64,000 nucleotides of DNA, taken from an uncultured Planctomycetales bacterium. Its GTDB lineage: Bacteria; Omnitrophota; Gorgyraeia; Zapsychrales; JANLHA01. A program made the position numbers and the translations under genes. The notes under the pieces are model-generated. The model ran no database searches, was not told the DNA's origin, and worked only from the letters and a program-made list of their open reading frames with translations. Shown one piece after another: positions 38,639-48,157 of this stretch; within the stretch, counting starts at the first letter, position 1, and each line of letters opens with the position of its first letter. The stretch covers positions 3,930 to 67,929 of the forward strand of contig CAZQQI010000007.1 of NCBI GenBank assembly GCA_964595465.1. Reading direction: 5' to 3'.

Positions 38639-38811
38639 GTTTCCCGGATCAAAGGAACTCCTATAAAAAACGCCTAATATATTGTTTTTATGTTAAAAAT
38701 ATTGCATACTTGAATAAGTATGTGCGAAGTAAATTGATGTTGCTTGATAGATGCGGCCGTACGGGGGAATTGGTCTTAGCGTCTAAAAGGAAATTCTAAA
38801 AAGGACAGGAC

Positions 38812-39459
38812 ATGGTCTGCTTAAAAGAATCGCCCCTGCGGATAGAACGTGTTTGTTTTACGGATAATGACCGCATGCGTCATCTTTATCGGCTCCGTTT
38901 GAAAGTTTATGGCGAGCAATGTGGTTTTTTTAATATTGATGAGTATCCTGAAGGCGAAGAGCGGGATAAATATGATGCCCAATCCGCGCATTTTCTGATC
39001 CGCGACGGGTTAAGCCGGAAAATCCTGATCGCTGCCCGTCTGATCTTACCCGGAGCACATCGTCTGCCGGTTTTTGATCATGTTCCTGAATTGTACCGTC
39101 AGTATGCTTCCTGCACGAAGGCCTGTGCCGAGATTTCCCGATTTGTCTTAAATAAATCTGCTTATTTTGATTATCAAAAACGCAGAGCGGCGGCTTTGGG
39201 GGGCGTCCCTACACTTGCGGTCTATCGTGAGATGTTCTCCATTCTCTATGCCCAGTTGTATCAGCGGGCGGTTGAATCGGGTATTCAGCATGGTTTTGCT
39301 CTGATGGAGAAGGGTCTTTACCGTTTGGCCAAATTGCAGGGGTTCTCTTTTGCGCCGGTCGGAGAGACCATTGATGTTTACGGCCCGGTCAAGCCGTATT
39401 ATCTTGAAGTCGCGTCTTTGGGCTATCTCCAGCAATATGCTGCCGCGCAGAACAATTGA
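38812..39459 (+). CDS. GNAT-fold N-acyltransferase of the LuxI / N-acyl amino acid synthase-like family, possibly of the exosortase-associated acyltransferase type.
   Basis: The 215-aa size, the HFLIRDGLSRKILIAARL core and the single-domain architecture fit. It lies 46 bp upstream of the giant gene on the same strand. An operator-like palindrome sits at 38705-38722. Confidence 0.4.
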   Translation: MVCLKESPLRIERVCFTDNDRMRHLYRLRLKVYGEQCGFFNIDEYPEGEERDKYDAQSAHFLIRDGLSRKILIAARLILPGAHRLPVFDHVPELYRQYASCTKACAEISRFVLNKSAYFDYQKRRAAALGGVPTLAVYREMFSILYAQLYQRAVESGIQHGFALMEKGLYRLAKLQGFSFAPVGETIDVYGPVKPYYLEVASLGYLQQYAAAQNN

Positions 39460-39505
39460 TAATACAATTTGATAGCATCGTAGAATATTCAACAAAGGAT
39501 TTGTC

Positions 39506-42500
39506 ATGACAGAAGCGCATCGGCACAAGCATCCTCTGCTTAAATTTATATCGCTCGTTCTCGCAACAGTCTTTTTAACCACCACAATTCTTCCGCCTCG
39601 GTTGGCCCGGGCGCAGGTCCTGCCGACCCTGCCGGTCCCCGGAACCCTTTTGAGCACCTCACAGGGGTATGTTCCGCTTTTGCTCAAGGGGATCCAGGTT
39701 GACCCGCAGAATCCGCTGTCCTTCAACTTTATTATGAATACCGGTGAACTGCGCGCCGATACCGATGGCCTGCGTGAAGAGATGCAGCGCCAGATCAAAT
39801 ATTTTCTGGCTTCGCTGACCGTGCCCGAGGCAGAGATGTGGGTCAACCTGTCGCCTTATGAAGGCGACCGTATCATCCCGGATGCCTTCGGGCAGACCGA
39901 GATGGGCATGGACCTGCTGGCCCAGGATTATCTGCTGAAACAGCTGACCGCCAGCCTGATGTATCCTGAAGAAGAACTGGGACAGGCCTTTTGGAAACGC
40001 GTGTATCAGCGGGCCGAAAAAGAGTTCGGGACGCGGGATATTCCGGTGGATACCTACAACAAGGTCTGGATCGTGCCTGAAGACGCCACGGTCTTTCAGA
40101 AAGACGGCAGTGCTTATGTGATCGAGAGCAGTCTGAAGGTCATGCTGGAAGAGGATTATGTGGCCAAGATGGAAGGCCGCCAGGTCAGCCGCAGCAGCAG
40201 TGTTCAGGATATTGATGCTCAGATCATCCGTGAAGTGATTATTCCTGAAATTGAACGGGAAGTCAATGAAGGGCAGACCTTTGCTAAACTGCGGCAGATC
40301 TATCAGGCCATGATCCTCGCGACCTGGTATAAGATCAACCTGCGGGAGACTTTGCTCGGCCGGATCTATGTGGACCGCAATAAAGTCGCCGGGGTTGACA
40401 CCGCAGACAAACAGCTCAAAGAAAAAATTTATCAGCAGTATATAGACGCCTTTAAAAAAGGTGTCTACAACTATATTAAGGAAGAGCAAGATCCGGTATC
40501 CGGTCAGATCATCCCGCGGAAATATTTTTCCGGCGGGTTTACGACAGATGAAGCCCTGCTGACTACTGTGCAGGGCAGCCTGATCGACGGGAATGGCGGA
40601 TTGGCGCCTTATCAGCAGGAGCAAATCGTAACATCCTTGGGCACATTCGCCGCCGGGAGCCGTACCATTGCGGTCGATGTTAACCTGGTTGAAGATCCCG
40701 CAGCTAAAGGATGGTCGCAGGTCGTCACGGCCGAGACCTTCAGCCGAGATGCCCAGGGTCTTGTCCGCGCGGATGCCGCCATGCTGACAGAAAACAGCAA
40801 GGATTATTTGCGAGACAATAATCCGGAGCTTCTGCACAATGTTGATAACGGTAATTTTTCGCCCGAGCAGGTCGAGGCAATTAATATTATGGTCGACATC
40901 GGTAATGCCGGTATACTCAAAGAGAGTTCTAACGTTGGAGGGCTGTTAGACCAAGTGGCCCGACGGGATAAGACCTATCCGACCGGGCTCCGAGGATATC
41001 ATGCAAATGCTGCTAGAAAGATGAAAATTTTTTATGAGGGCGGCAATCCCATGGCCGATGTCATCAAGATCAGTGCCCCTGCGACAAAAGATCTTACGTC
41101 GGCAGATTCTGAAACTCTTAATGTGCTGAATCGTGAAGGTTTAAAGGTTGTTAATAAAACAGTCTTTGTCATGCCAGCCGGGGGGCTGGGGGAACGGCTT
41201 GGCTATGGCGGATTAAAGTTGGATCTGCCGCTGGATTCGCTTACTCGGAAATCGTATTTGCAGATGTATGCAGAAAATATCCTGGCGCTACAAGAAAGGT
41301 CAAATAATTTAAATGGAGAAGATGAACGCATTCCTTTGGTGATGATGACCTCGGCAGACAATCATCAGCGGACCCTGGATTTTATTCAGAAAAACAATCT
41401 GTTCGGCATGGATGGGCTGACGGTTATTGATGTGACCAAGGATATTGCGGTCTATGATGCTGGCGCGGGAAAGGTCGTGGTTGCGGATCGCAGGGCATAT
41501 GAAGATCGTAATGAGATCGTTAACCCCCGTGATATCGGTCAAATGGTGATCTTTCAGCAGGATTCTGTTTTTGCTTTTACAGGAGAGGATGCTAAGTTTG
41601 TTCTGCAGGAAGATGGTCTTATTAAAGAAAAACCTCATAATCATGGAGATATCGAACTGCTTTTACATCTTTCCGGTGTGGCTAAAGCCTTTGAACAGGC
41701 CGGCAAGAAGCAGAGCCTCTTTTTCCAGGATACTAACGGAGAGGCCTTTAATGCGGTCCTGCCCGGATTGGGGGCATCGGTTACAGAAGGATACAAGGTA
41801 AATTTATTGGCCGTCGAACGCAAGCCCGGGGATGCTGTTGGAGCCATTGCCGAGATGACCCTTGAAAATGGGACGACACAGGTCGGGAATATCGAATATA
41901 ACGATGTGCCGAATGTCGCCAAAAATTATGGTCTTCCAGAAGAAAATTTTTCTTCAGGGAATATCAACATCTTTATTGTTAACCAGCAGGCATTGGCCGC
42001 TGCACTGGATGAAACTAATGGTTTAATGCCGGAGATTGTTAACCCCAAGCCGGATACCGGAGAAGCTCGCTTAGAAGCCATGATGCAGGATATCGCCAAA
42101 GCTGTTCCCGGTTCTCAGGTAGGGGTCACGTCATTCCCGGTAAGAATGATCTTTGCCGCCACCAAAAATGCTTTACCCCGGGCCTTGAGTAAGGTTGAAA
42201 AGGGCAATTTCCCCGAGCACCTGGCTGCGACTGAAGGCGTTTATCATATGAACACGCGGGAGATGTTGGCCCGGGCTGGTGTTGAGATTAATCCAGAAGG
42301 GAATACGAGGTACGCATTTGAGGATCTTTTACAACCCGCCTTTGGGCTTGAATCAGAAGTTCCCGGTATTCCTTATCAGGACGGAGCGCGGATATCTCTT
42401 TCCCCGTTTTTTGCTCAGTCTGTTGAAGACATTCAGCAAAAGATGAAGGGCGTCAGCATCAGCGACCGGTCTTTTGTGGTGATTGAAGGGGAACGTGTTT

Positions 42501-44527
42501 TCTTGAAAGATGTCAAGATCGATGGTGCTGTCGATATCCGGACCAATCCCGCTCAGACTCTTGTCCTCGAAAATCTCACGATAGAGAATGCCGGCTGGGA
42601 GTTTGTGCCTTTGACCGCCGAGGAAGTTTTGGATGAGCGAGGGCTGCCGGAAGATATCCGCATGAGAGGATATAAGCTGGTTAAACGCGATCAATTTTCA
42701 GTAGACATTACAGATCAAGGCCCTGGTGTGTACACGGTTGATACGGAAGGAAATGTCCGCCGGGCTGATCCGGCTGTGCTGACAGAAGTGCTGGATCCGT
42801 CAGAAGCTATCCGCCTCATTACAGAAAGTGCTGATCCCGGTTTTCTTGAATTTCTGCTCGACTATGCCCGTCATGACGGGCATGTTGAACAGCGTCAGAT
42901 CGACCCGCAGATATTAGCGCGGCAATTACGGGAGACCGGTCTGGCCGATGCCGGATCTGAACAGGATCGGGCTATTCAGCAGGGGATTCCCCGGTTAGGA
43001 GAATTGCGTGAGGCACGGGACCCGCGCGGGTATCGGATCTTAAGCGAGATGGCCGGCCGGGAGTTGTTCGCCGATCGTGATTTTCAGAGACAGATCCTGT
43101 CCGAGATCCGGCAGGGGAGGGTTACGTTCGCTTTATTGAAGCCCGACACCATTGGGTTAGGAGAAGAAGAACGGATGCTGGCGGCCTTGGAATCAGCGGA
43201 CTTTGAGGTTATTGAAGGCCCCCATATCCGTTTGTCGGAGGCTGAGGCGGAAGAGCTTTATCAGGAGCATAAAGGACAACGTTATTTTTCTGCTTTGATC
43301 GATTTTATGACCGGAACCGGAGAGTACGCCGGTCGGGAGCAGAGCGTGGTCCCGCTGTTTTTAAAAACGGCGGCTCAACGTGCCGAGACCGCGGCTCAGC
43401 TTTTTGAGAGAAACCGGAATATCTTGCGCGGAATTATTCCGCACTATGATCAGGATTTGGCTAAACGCGAAAATCGTATCCACGGTTCTGACAGCATCAA
43501 TAGCGCTGAACGCGAGGCCGGGCTGATCTTTAAGATGTTCCCGGAGAGAGAGGGTGTCGGGAAACCGGTGCTTTCATCCTCTTCGGATGTTATGAGTACG
43601 AGCGATGAGCAGGGAGAATTTGTTGCTCTGGAAAGTAGTGGAATATTTCGGACATCCCTGAAAGACGGACAGCATGTCCTTATTGATGTCACGGACTCCC
43701 GGTATGATATTGCTAAGACATTTCATGTGGCCAGGCAAGGCGGCCGGATCATGATCGATGGGGAAATTAAGAGACAATATACTGATGAGCGTGATCGTGA
43801 CGTCATGATTTTACCGGTCATTGATGATGCAGCAGCAGAGGGTCCTTTGCTGAGTATCGTTGTTGCCCAAAATGAGGGGGATCTGGAGGTGACGCACAAT
43901 CTTTCCGGACCCGGCAGCTCGGTCAAGATCCGCAATGTCGATGCGGCGCAATTGAGCCGTTCAGAGAGCGAGCAGGATCAGCAGTATGCCCTGGAGTTGC
44001 TGCAGAATCGGCTGTCCCTGCTCCAGCAGGAAGTTCGGAATATGGAAGCTGAGATCAAATCCATTCAAACTCAGCAGGCGCGTTTTCGAGATAATTCTGT
44101 TCAATGGAACCGCCGGCATAATCGGATGCAGGACTTAAGAGAACAGCTGAATAGAAAACGTGCGGAGATCGCTCAAACAGAGCAGCAAATACGCAGGGTA
44201 ACGGATCAAGCGGGCCCCGTTATGACGGCCCGCCAAGATGATGATAGAGTGGGTGGTATTGATCTGAACAGCGCGCATCTGAACCTCAAGATCGAACGCG
44301 ATGACCGCGGCGTGCCTCTGCCGATGGATCAGCAGCCCATGCCGGAGCTTATGAACATAGACGGGTTTTTGCCGGTGATCATTAATGTGACGCCTATCCA
44401 GAGCGTCCCGATGCTGTTGGGCCTGGAGGATTCTCCGGCTGATCAGCGGCAGACCGGGACAGAATCCGTGCCGGGTGAGCAGCCCCGTGCGCGTTTGGAA
44501 AAAGCGGTTATAGAGGCCGCCATTTAG
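39506..44527 (+). CDS. Giant (1673 aa) multi-domain protein. In order: an N-terminal signal anchor, an unknown domain of ~500 aa, a UDP-sugar pyrophosphorylase (UDPGP/USP)-like domain, a nucleoside diphosphate kinase domain, a coiled coil and a C-terminal tail.
   Basis: The ORF is uninterrupted. The N-terminus is positively charged (HRHKH) before a TM helix. A UDPGP motif (MPAGGLGERLGYGG, about 41171) and a pyrophosphorylase signature (KPHNHGDIELL) are followed by a beta-helix-like region. The NDK domain (about 43118-43540) reads RVTFALLKPD...YQEHKGQRYF...NRIHGSDSINSAEREAGLIF, compared with NDK ERTFxIIKPD...NxxHGSDSVESAxREIxxFF. A coiled coil lies at about 43980-44200. Confidence 0.75.
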   Translation: MTEAHRHKHPLLKFISLVLATVFLTTTILPPRLARAQVLPTLPVPGTLLSTSQGYVPLLLKGIQVDPQNPLSFNFIMNTGELRADTDGLREEMQRQIKYFLASLTVPEAEMWVNLSPYEGDRIIPDAFGQTEMGMDLLAQDYLLKQLTASLMYPEEELGQAFWKRVYQRAEKEFGTRDIPVDTYNKVWIVPEDATVFQKDGSAYVIESSLKVMLEEDYVAKMEGRQVSRSSSVQDIDAQIIREVIIPEIEREVNEGQTFAKLRQIYQAMILATWYKINLRETLLGRIYVDRNKVAGVDTADKQLKEKIYQQYIDAFKKGVYNYIKEEQDPVSGQIIPRKYFSGGFTTDEALLTTVQGSLIDGNGGLAPYQQEQIVTSLGTFAAGSRTIAVDVNLVEDPAAKGWSQVVTAETFSRDAQGLVRADAAMLTENSKDYLRDNNPELLHNVDNGNFSPEQVEAINIMVDIGNAGILKESSNVGGLLDQVARRDKTYPTGLRGYHANAARKMKIFYEGGNPMADVIKISAPATKDLTSADSETLNVLNREGLKVVNKTVFVMPAGGLGERLGYGGLKLDLPLDSLTRKSYLQMYAENILALQERSNNLNGEDERIPLVMMTSADNHQRTLDFIQKNNLFGMDGLTVIDVTKDIAVYDAGAGKVVVADRRAYEDRNEIVNPRDIGQMVIFQQDSVFAFTGEDAKFVLQEDGLIKEKPHNHGDIELLLHLSGVAKAFEQAGKKQSLFFQDTNGEAFNAVLPGLGASVTEGYKVNLLAVERKPGDAVGAIAEMTLENGTTQVGNIEYNDVPNVAKNYGLPEENFSSGNINIFIVNQQALAAALDETNGLMPEIVNPKPDTGEARLEAMMQDIAKAVPGSQVGVTSFPVRMIFAATKNALPRALSKVEKGNFPEHLAATEGVYHMNTREMLARAGVEINPEGNTRYAFEDLLQPAFGLESEVPGIPYQDGARISLSPFFAQSVEDIQQKMKGVSISDRSFVVIEGERVFLKDVKIDGAVDIRTNPAQTLVLENLTIENAGWEFVPLTAEEVLDERGLPEDIRMRGYKLVKRDQFSVDITDQGPGVYTVDTEGNVRRADPAVLTEVLDPSEAIRLITESADPGFLEFLLDYARHDGHVEQRQIDPQILARQLRETGLADAGSEQDRAIQQGIPRLGELREARDPRGYRILSEMAGRELFADRDFQRQILSEIRQGRVTFALLKPDTIGLGEEERMLAALESADFEVIEGPHIRLSEAEAEELYQEHKGQRYFSALIDFMTGTGEYAGREQSVVPLFLKTAAQRAETAAQLFERNRNILRGIIPHYDQDLAKRENRIHGSDSINSAEREAGLIFKMFPEREGVGKPVLSSSSDVMSTSDEQGEFVALESSGIFRTSLKDGQHVLIDVTDSRYDIAKTFHVARQGGRIMIDGEIKRQYTDERDRDVMILPVIDDAAAEGPLLSIVVAQNEGDLEVTHNLSGPGSSVKIRNVDAAQLSRSESEQDQQYALELLQNRLSLLQQEVRNMEAEIKSIQTQQARFRDNSVQWNRRHNRMQDLREQLNRKRAEIAQTEQQIRRVTDQAGPVMTARQDDDRVGGIDLNSAHLNLKIERDDRGVPLPMDQQPMPELMNIDGFLPVIINVTPIQSVPMLLGLEDSPADQRQTGTESVPGEQPRARLEKAVIEAAI

Positions 44528-44558
44528 ATTTGAGGCCGTATTGTCTGCTGGAAAAAAA

Positions 44559-44588
44559 CAGCGCTGAATCCAATTCAGCGCTGTTTTT
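44559..44588 (+). terminator. Rho-independent terminator after the giant gene.
   Basis: An 11-bp perfect stem (cagcgctgaat / attcagcgctg) with a 3-nt loop is followed by T5 and preceded by A7. Confidence 0.7.
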
Positions 44589-44725
44589 GCATATGGACAA
44601 AGTGATATATGGCCCATCAGATGACGTGTACCTTGAGACAGGTGATTTGCACTTCTTTCCTCTTGAGTTCCCGGTGTTAATTTATTACAATACAATTCAT
44701 CATTTAATATCGTGGAAGGACAGCT

Positions 44726-45448
44726 ATGAACATCGTCGATGGTGTGGTCTTGGGATTGTGCGCGGTCTATGCCTTTTTCGGCTGGCGTAAAGGATTGGCG
44801 CGGACTTTGATCGGTCCTGTTGTGCTGTTTTTGTGCCTCTATCTGGCCTGGGGGTATTGGCAGCGGGGAGGAGATTGGCGGTTGGTGATGACGATCTCTG
44901 TTCTGGGGCCCCTGGTGCTGACTTTTTTGCTGGGCATGATGCTGACATTGCTCTCCCAGGGGGAAAACGGTGAAGAGCAGAAAATGATGTCTCCGTTAAA
45001 CCGCACTTTGGGTGCTTTGACTAATACAGCCTGGAACGGCGCGCTGGTGATCGCCGCGGTTGTTTTTTTTGCGCTTATCCCGTTACGCTTTGAATCCTTA
45101 TTATCGTTTCGCGAAACTGTTCGGGAATCGCTGATCTTTCAGGCTGTCGGGCGGCCGATCGAAAAACGTTTTCCGCAGATCAGCCGTCTCGGTGATCCTT
45201 CGCGCATGTCTGCGGAGGATTTTCAGGACGTGCAGAAAACGGATGAATTTCAGCAGTTAATGAATGATGAACGGCTGCAGCAATTATTTCAGGACCCTGT
45301 CATTCAGGAAAAATTGCGTTCGCGTGATGTCGCCGGCCTGATTGAAGATCAACGGATCAAAGAGATCATACAGGACCGCGCCCTGCTGAAAAAGATGTGG
45401 TCTTTTCAAAAACGTCTTATGCAGCAGACTGATACTGGATCCAAATGA
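44726..45448 (+). CDS. cvpA: CvpA-family membrane protein.
   Basis: The N-terminus MNIVDGVVLGLCAVYAFFGWRKGL is CvpA-like and is followed by four TM helices. Confidence 0.55.
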   Translation: MNIVDGVVLGLCAVYAFFGWRKGLARTLIGPVVLFLCLYLAWGYWQRGGDWRLVMTISVLGPLVLTFLLGMMLTLLSQGENGEEQKMMSPLNRTLGALTNTAWNGALVIAAVVFFALIPLRFESLLSFRETVRESLIFQAVGRPIEKRFPQISRLGDPSRMSAEDFQDVQKTDEFQQLMNDERLQQLFQDPVIQEKLRSRDVAGLIEDQRIKEIIQDRALLKKMWSFQKRLMQQTDTGSK

Positions 45449-45464
45449 ATGGTAAGAGAGGAGT

Positions 45465-45854
45465 ATGAAAATGCCGACGATTTTCACCAAGATCATCAAT
45501 GGGGAAATTCCCTGTCATAAGATCGCCGAGGATGACAAGCATTTGGCGTTTCTGGATATACGCCCGATCCGGGAAGGACATACTCTGGTCATCCCCAAGA
45601 AAGAGGGGGACTACATCTTCGATATGAACGATCAGGATCTCTCTGATCTCATGGTTTTTGCCAAGGCCGTTGCCCGTAAAATTGAAGCCAAAATCACGTG
45701 CAAGCGTGTGGGCGTCATGGTCGCCGGGATTGAAGTTCCTCATACCCATGTGCATTTGATCCCTTTTGAAAAGATCCCGGATTTGAATTTCGCCAACGCC
45801 AAGGAGGTCCCGCAGGAGGAGTTGGCGCGGACCGCAGACAAGATCACCGGATAG
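45465..45854 (+). CDS. HIT-family nucleotide hydrolase (HinT-like).
   Basis: The histidine triad HTHVHLIP (HxHxHxx) is present. Confidence 0.85.
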   Translation: MKMPTIFTKIINGEIPCHKIAEDDKHLAFLDIRPIREGHTLVIPKKEGDYIFDMNDQDLSDLMVFAKAVARKIEAKITCKRVGVMVAGIEVPHTHVHLIPFEKIPDLNFANAKEVPQEELARTADKITG

Positions 45855-45955
45855 ATAATGGGATGCGTATGAATTTTATACCCCCTCTTTTAAAAAGGGG
45901 TGGGTGGATCCATTATTCTTTTTTCTTGTTTTCTCGACGATAAATTCTCCTTGCG

Positions 45956-45984
45956 TTGACTGCTCAATAGGAATAGAATACAAT
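45956..45984 (+). promoter_or_regulatory. Sigma-70-type promoter (TTGACT-17-TACAAT) upstream of the acetyl-CoA synthetase gene.
   Basis: TTGACT lies at 45956-45961 and TACAAT at 45979-45984. Confidence 0.45.
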
Positions 45985-46011
45985 CAGTTTTTCACTCCCA
46001 CATAAAATCCA

Positions 46012-48111
46012 TTGAATCCATTTCCAGAAAGGGGTATATCGATGTCTGAGGCATCATCCGGCAAAGACCTGACAGGACTGTTTTCTCCGTGCGGTATCGC
46101 TGTGATCGGCGCGTCGTCCAATCCGGAGAAGATCGGTTATCAAATTCTTTTTAATCTTGTCGAAGGCGGTTTTGAGGGCGAGATCTATCCGATCAACCCC
46201 AAGACGGATGAGATCCTGGGAAAAAAGGCTTTTGCCTCAGTGAATGATATCGGTAAAGATATCGGTCTGGCCGTGATCGCCATTCCTGCTCCTTATGTCA
46301 AGGCGGCCCTGGAAGACTGCGCCCAAAAAGGGATCAAGAATGTTGTGGTGATCACGTCGGGTTTCGGAGAAGTGGGAAAGAAAGACGAAGAGGAAGAACT
46401 GAAACGCATTGCCGATGAAAACGGCATGTCTCTGGTCGGACCGAATACTCTCGGCGTTGTCTACACTTCTGCCAAAATGAATGCCAGTTTCGGGCCGAAA
46501 GACGTCCTGCCGGGAAATATCGCTTTTATTTCTCAGAGTGGGGCCCTGGCCATTTCTTTAATGGGCTGGACCATGATGGAACGTATCGGTCTGGCCGCGC
46601 TGGTCAGCCTCGGGAATAAGGCTGATGTGGGCGAGAAGGAGCTGATCGAATATTTTAATCATGATGAGCAGACCCAGGTGATCGTGATTTACATGGAGGG
46701 GATCAAGGACGGGCGCCAATTTATGCAGACCGAGATCAAAAAGCCGGTGGTCTGTCTGAAAGTGGGCCGCTCACAGCGGGGGGCCAAGGCCGCTGCATCG
46801 CATACCGGCTCGCTGTCCGGTTCTGATAAGATCTATGACGCGGCGTTCCGCCAGATCGGAATTCTGCGTGCCGATACATTTACGGAGGCCTTTGCCTGGT
46901 CGCGGGCTTTGTCGCTGCCGGTCCCGGCGGGGGATGAGGCTGTGATCATTACCAACGGCGGCGGGATCGGGGTAGCCGCCACTGATGAATGTGAAAAGTA
47001 CGGCGTAAAATTGTTGGATGACCCGGATTGGCTGGAAGAGCAATTCCGTCCGACCATGCCGGATTACGGCAGTACAAAAAATCCGGTGGATATCACCGGC
47101 GGGGCGCACGGCGACAAATACGGCAAGGCCGCCCGGGTGGCCTTTGAGAGCGATAAGGTCGGGTCGGTTATTATTCTCTATTGTGAAACAGCGGTGACCG
47201 ATCCTTTGGAAATCGCTAAGTCCCTGGAGGGGGAATACACACGGACCGGGCGCAGTAAGCCGTTGGTTATCTCTATGGTCGGCGGTGAACGTTCCCGCGA
47301 GGCGCTTCATTTTCTCGATGAAAAAGGGATTCCGGCCTATACTTCGGTTGATGAAGCGGTCTCGGCGCTGGACGTTTTGTACCGCTGGCGTGAGATCCGG
47401 CAGAATCCCCGGGAAAAGATCGGGATCCCGGAGGCCCCGGATGATGTGAAGCAGTTTTTAAGCCGTCTGAAATCCGAAGGTCGAGAGGCTCTGCTGGAGC
47501 ATGAGGCCCGCGAGGTTATGGAAAAATGCGGTGTGCCGACTCCGAAATGGGGTTTTGCCTCCAGTCTGGATGAGGCCCTGGAGAAGGCCGACGGCATGTA
47601 TCCGCTGGCCATGAAGGTCGCCTCGCACGATATTCTTCATAAGACCGATGTCGGCGGTGTGGCGGTTAATATCCGCGACGCCGAAGAGCTCAAGCAAAAA
47701 TATGAGCAGATGATGGCAACGGTCAAAGACCGTCAGCCGGATGCCGAGGTTTTGGGCGTCAATCTGGTCCAGATGGTCAAGGGCATTGAATGTATTGTGG
47801 GGATGAGCCGGGACCCGCAGTTCGGTCCGGTGATCATGTTCGGTCTGGGCGGGGTCTTTGTCGAGGCTCTGAAAGATGTCACCTTCCGGGTGGTTCCCTT
47901 CGCCGAACGCGAGGCCGAGAAAATGCTGGACGAGATCAAGGCGCGTAAGATCCTTAAAGGTTTCCGCGGGATGCAGGCCCATCGTGAGACACTGGTCAAG
48001 ACCCTGATGGCGATCCAGAAATTAGCCCCCCTGGTTAAAGAGATCGATATCAATCCTCTGCTGACCGATCAGCAGGGAAGTTTCGCGGTGGACGCGCGGA
48101 TTATTCTTTAG
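46012..48111 (+). CDS. Acetate--CoA ligase (ADP-forming) with fused alpha/beta subunits (ACD family).
   Basis: A CoA-binding Rossmann region (GIAVIGASSNPEKIGY), a succinyl-CoA-synthetase-like flavodoxin domain and a C-terminal ATP-grasp domain (MKVASHDILHKTDVGGVAVNI...) are present. Confidence 0.75.
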   Translation: MNPFPERGISMSEASSGKDLTGLFSPCGIAVIGASSNPEKIGYQILFNLVEGGFEGEIYPINPKTDEILGKKAFASVNDIGKDIGLAVIAIPAPYVKAALEDCAQKGIKNVVVITSGFGEVGKKDEEEELKRIADENGMSLVGPNTLGVVYTSAKMNASFGPKDVLPGNIAFISQSGALAISLMGWTMMERIGLAALVSLGNKADVGEKELIEYFNHDEQTQVIVIYMEGIKDGRQFMQTEIKKPVVCLKVGRSQRGAKAAASHTGSLSGSDKIYDAAFRQIGILRADTFTEAFAWSRALSLPVPAGDEAVIITNGGGIGVAATDECEKYGVKLLDDPDWLEEQFRPTMPDYGSTKNPVDITGGAHGDKYGKAARVAFESDKVGSVIILYCETAVTDPLEIAKSLEGEYTRTGRSKPLVISMVGGERSREALHFLDEKGIPAYTSVDEAVSALDVLYRWREIRQNPREKIGIPEAPDDVKQFLSRLKSEGREALLEHEAREVMEKCGVPTPKWGFASSLDEALEKADGMYPLAMKVASHDILHKTDVGGVAVNIRDAEELKQKYEQMMATVKDRQPDAEVLGVNLVQMVKGIECIVGMSRDPQFGPVIMFGLGGVFVEALKDVTFRVVPFAEREAEKMLDEIKARKILKGFRGMQAHRETLVKTLMAIQKLAPLVKEIDINPLLTDQQGSFAVDARIIL

Positions 48112-48157
48112 CTGTACTGGGAATGTAAAATGATTTCTTTTTGGGTGGGCCAGCAGA

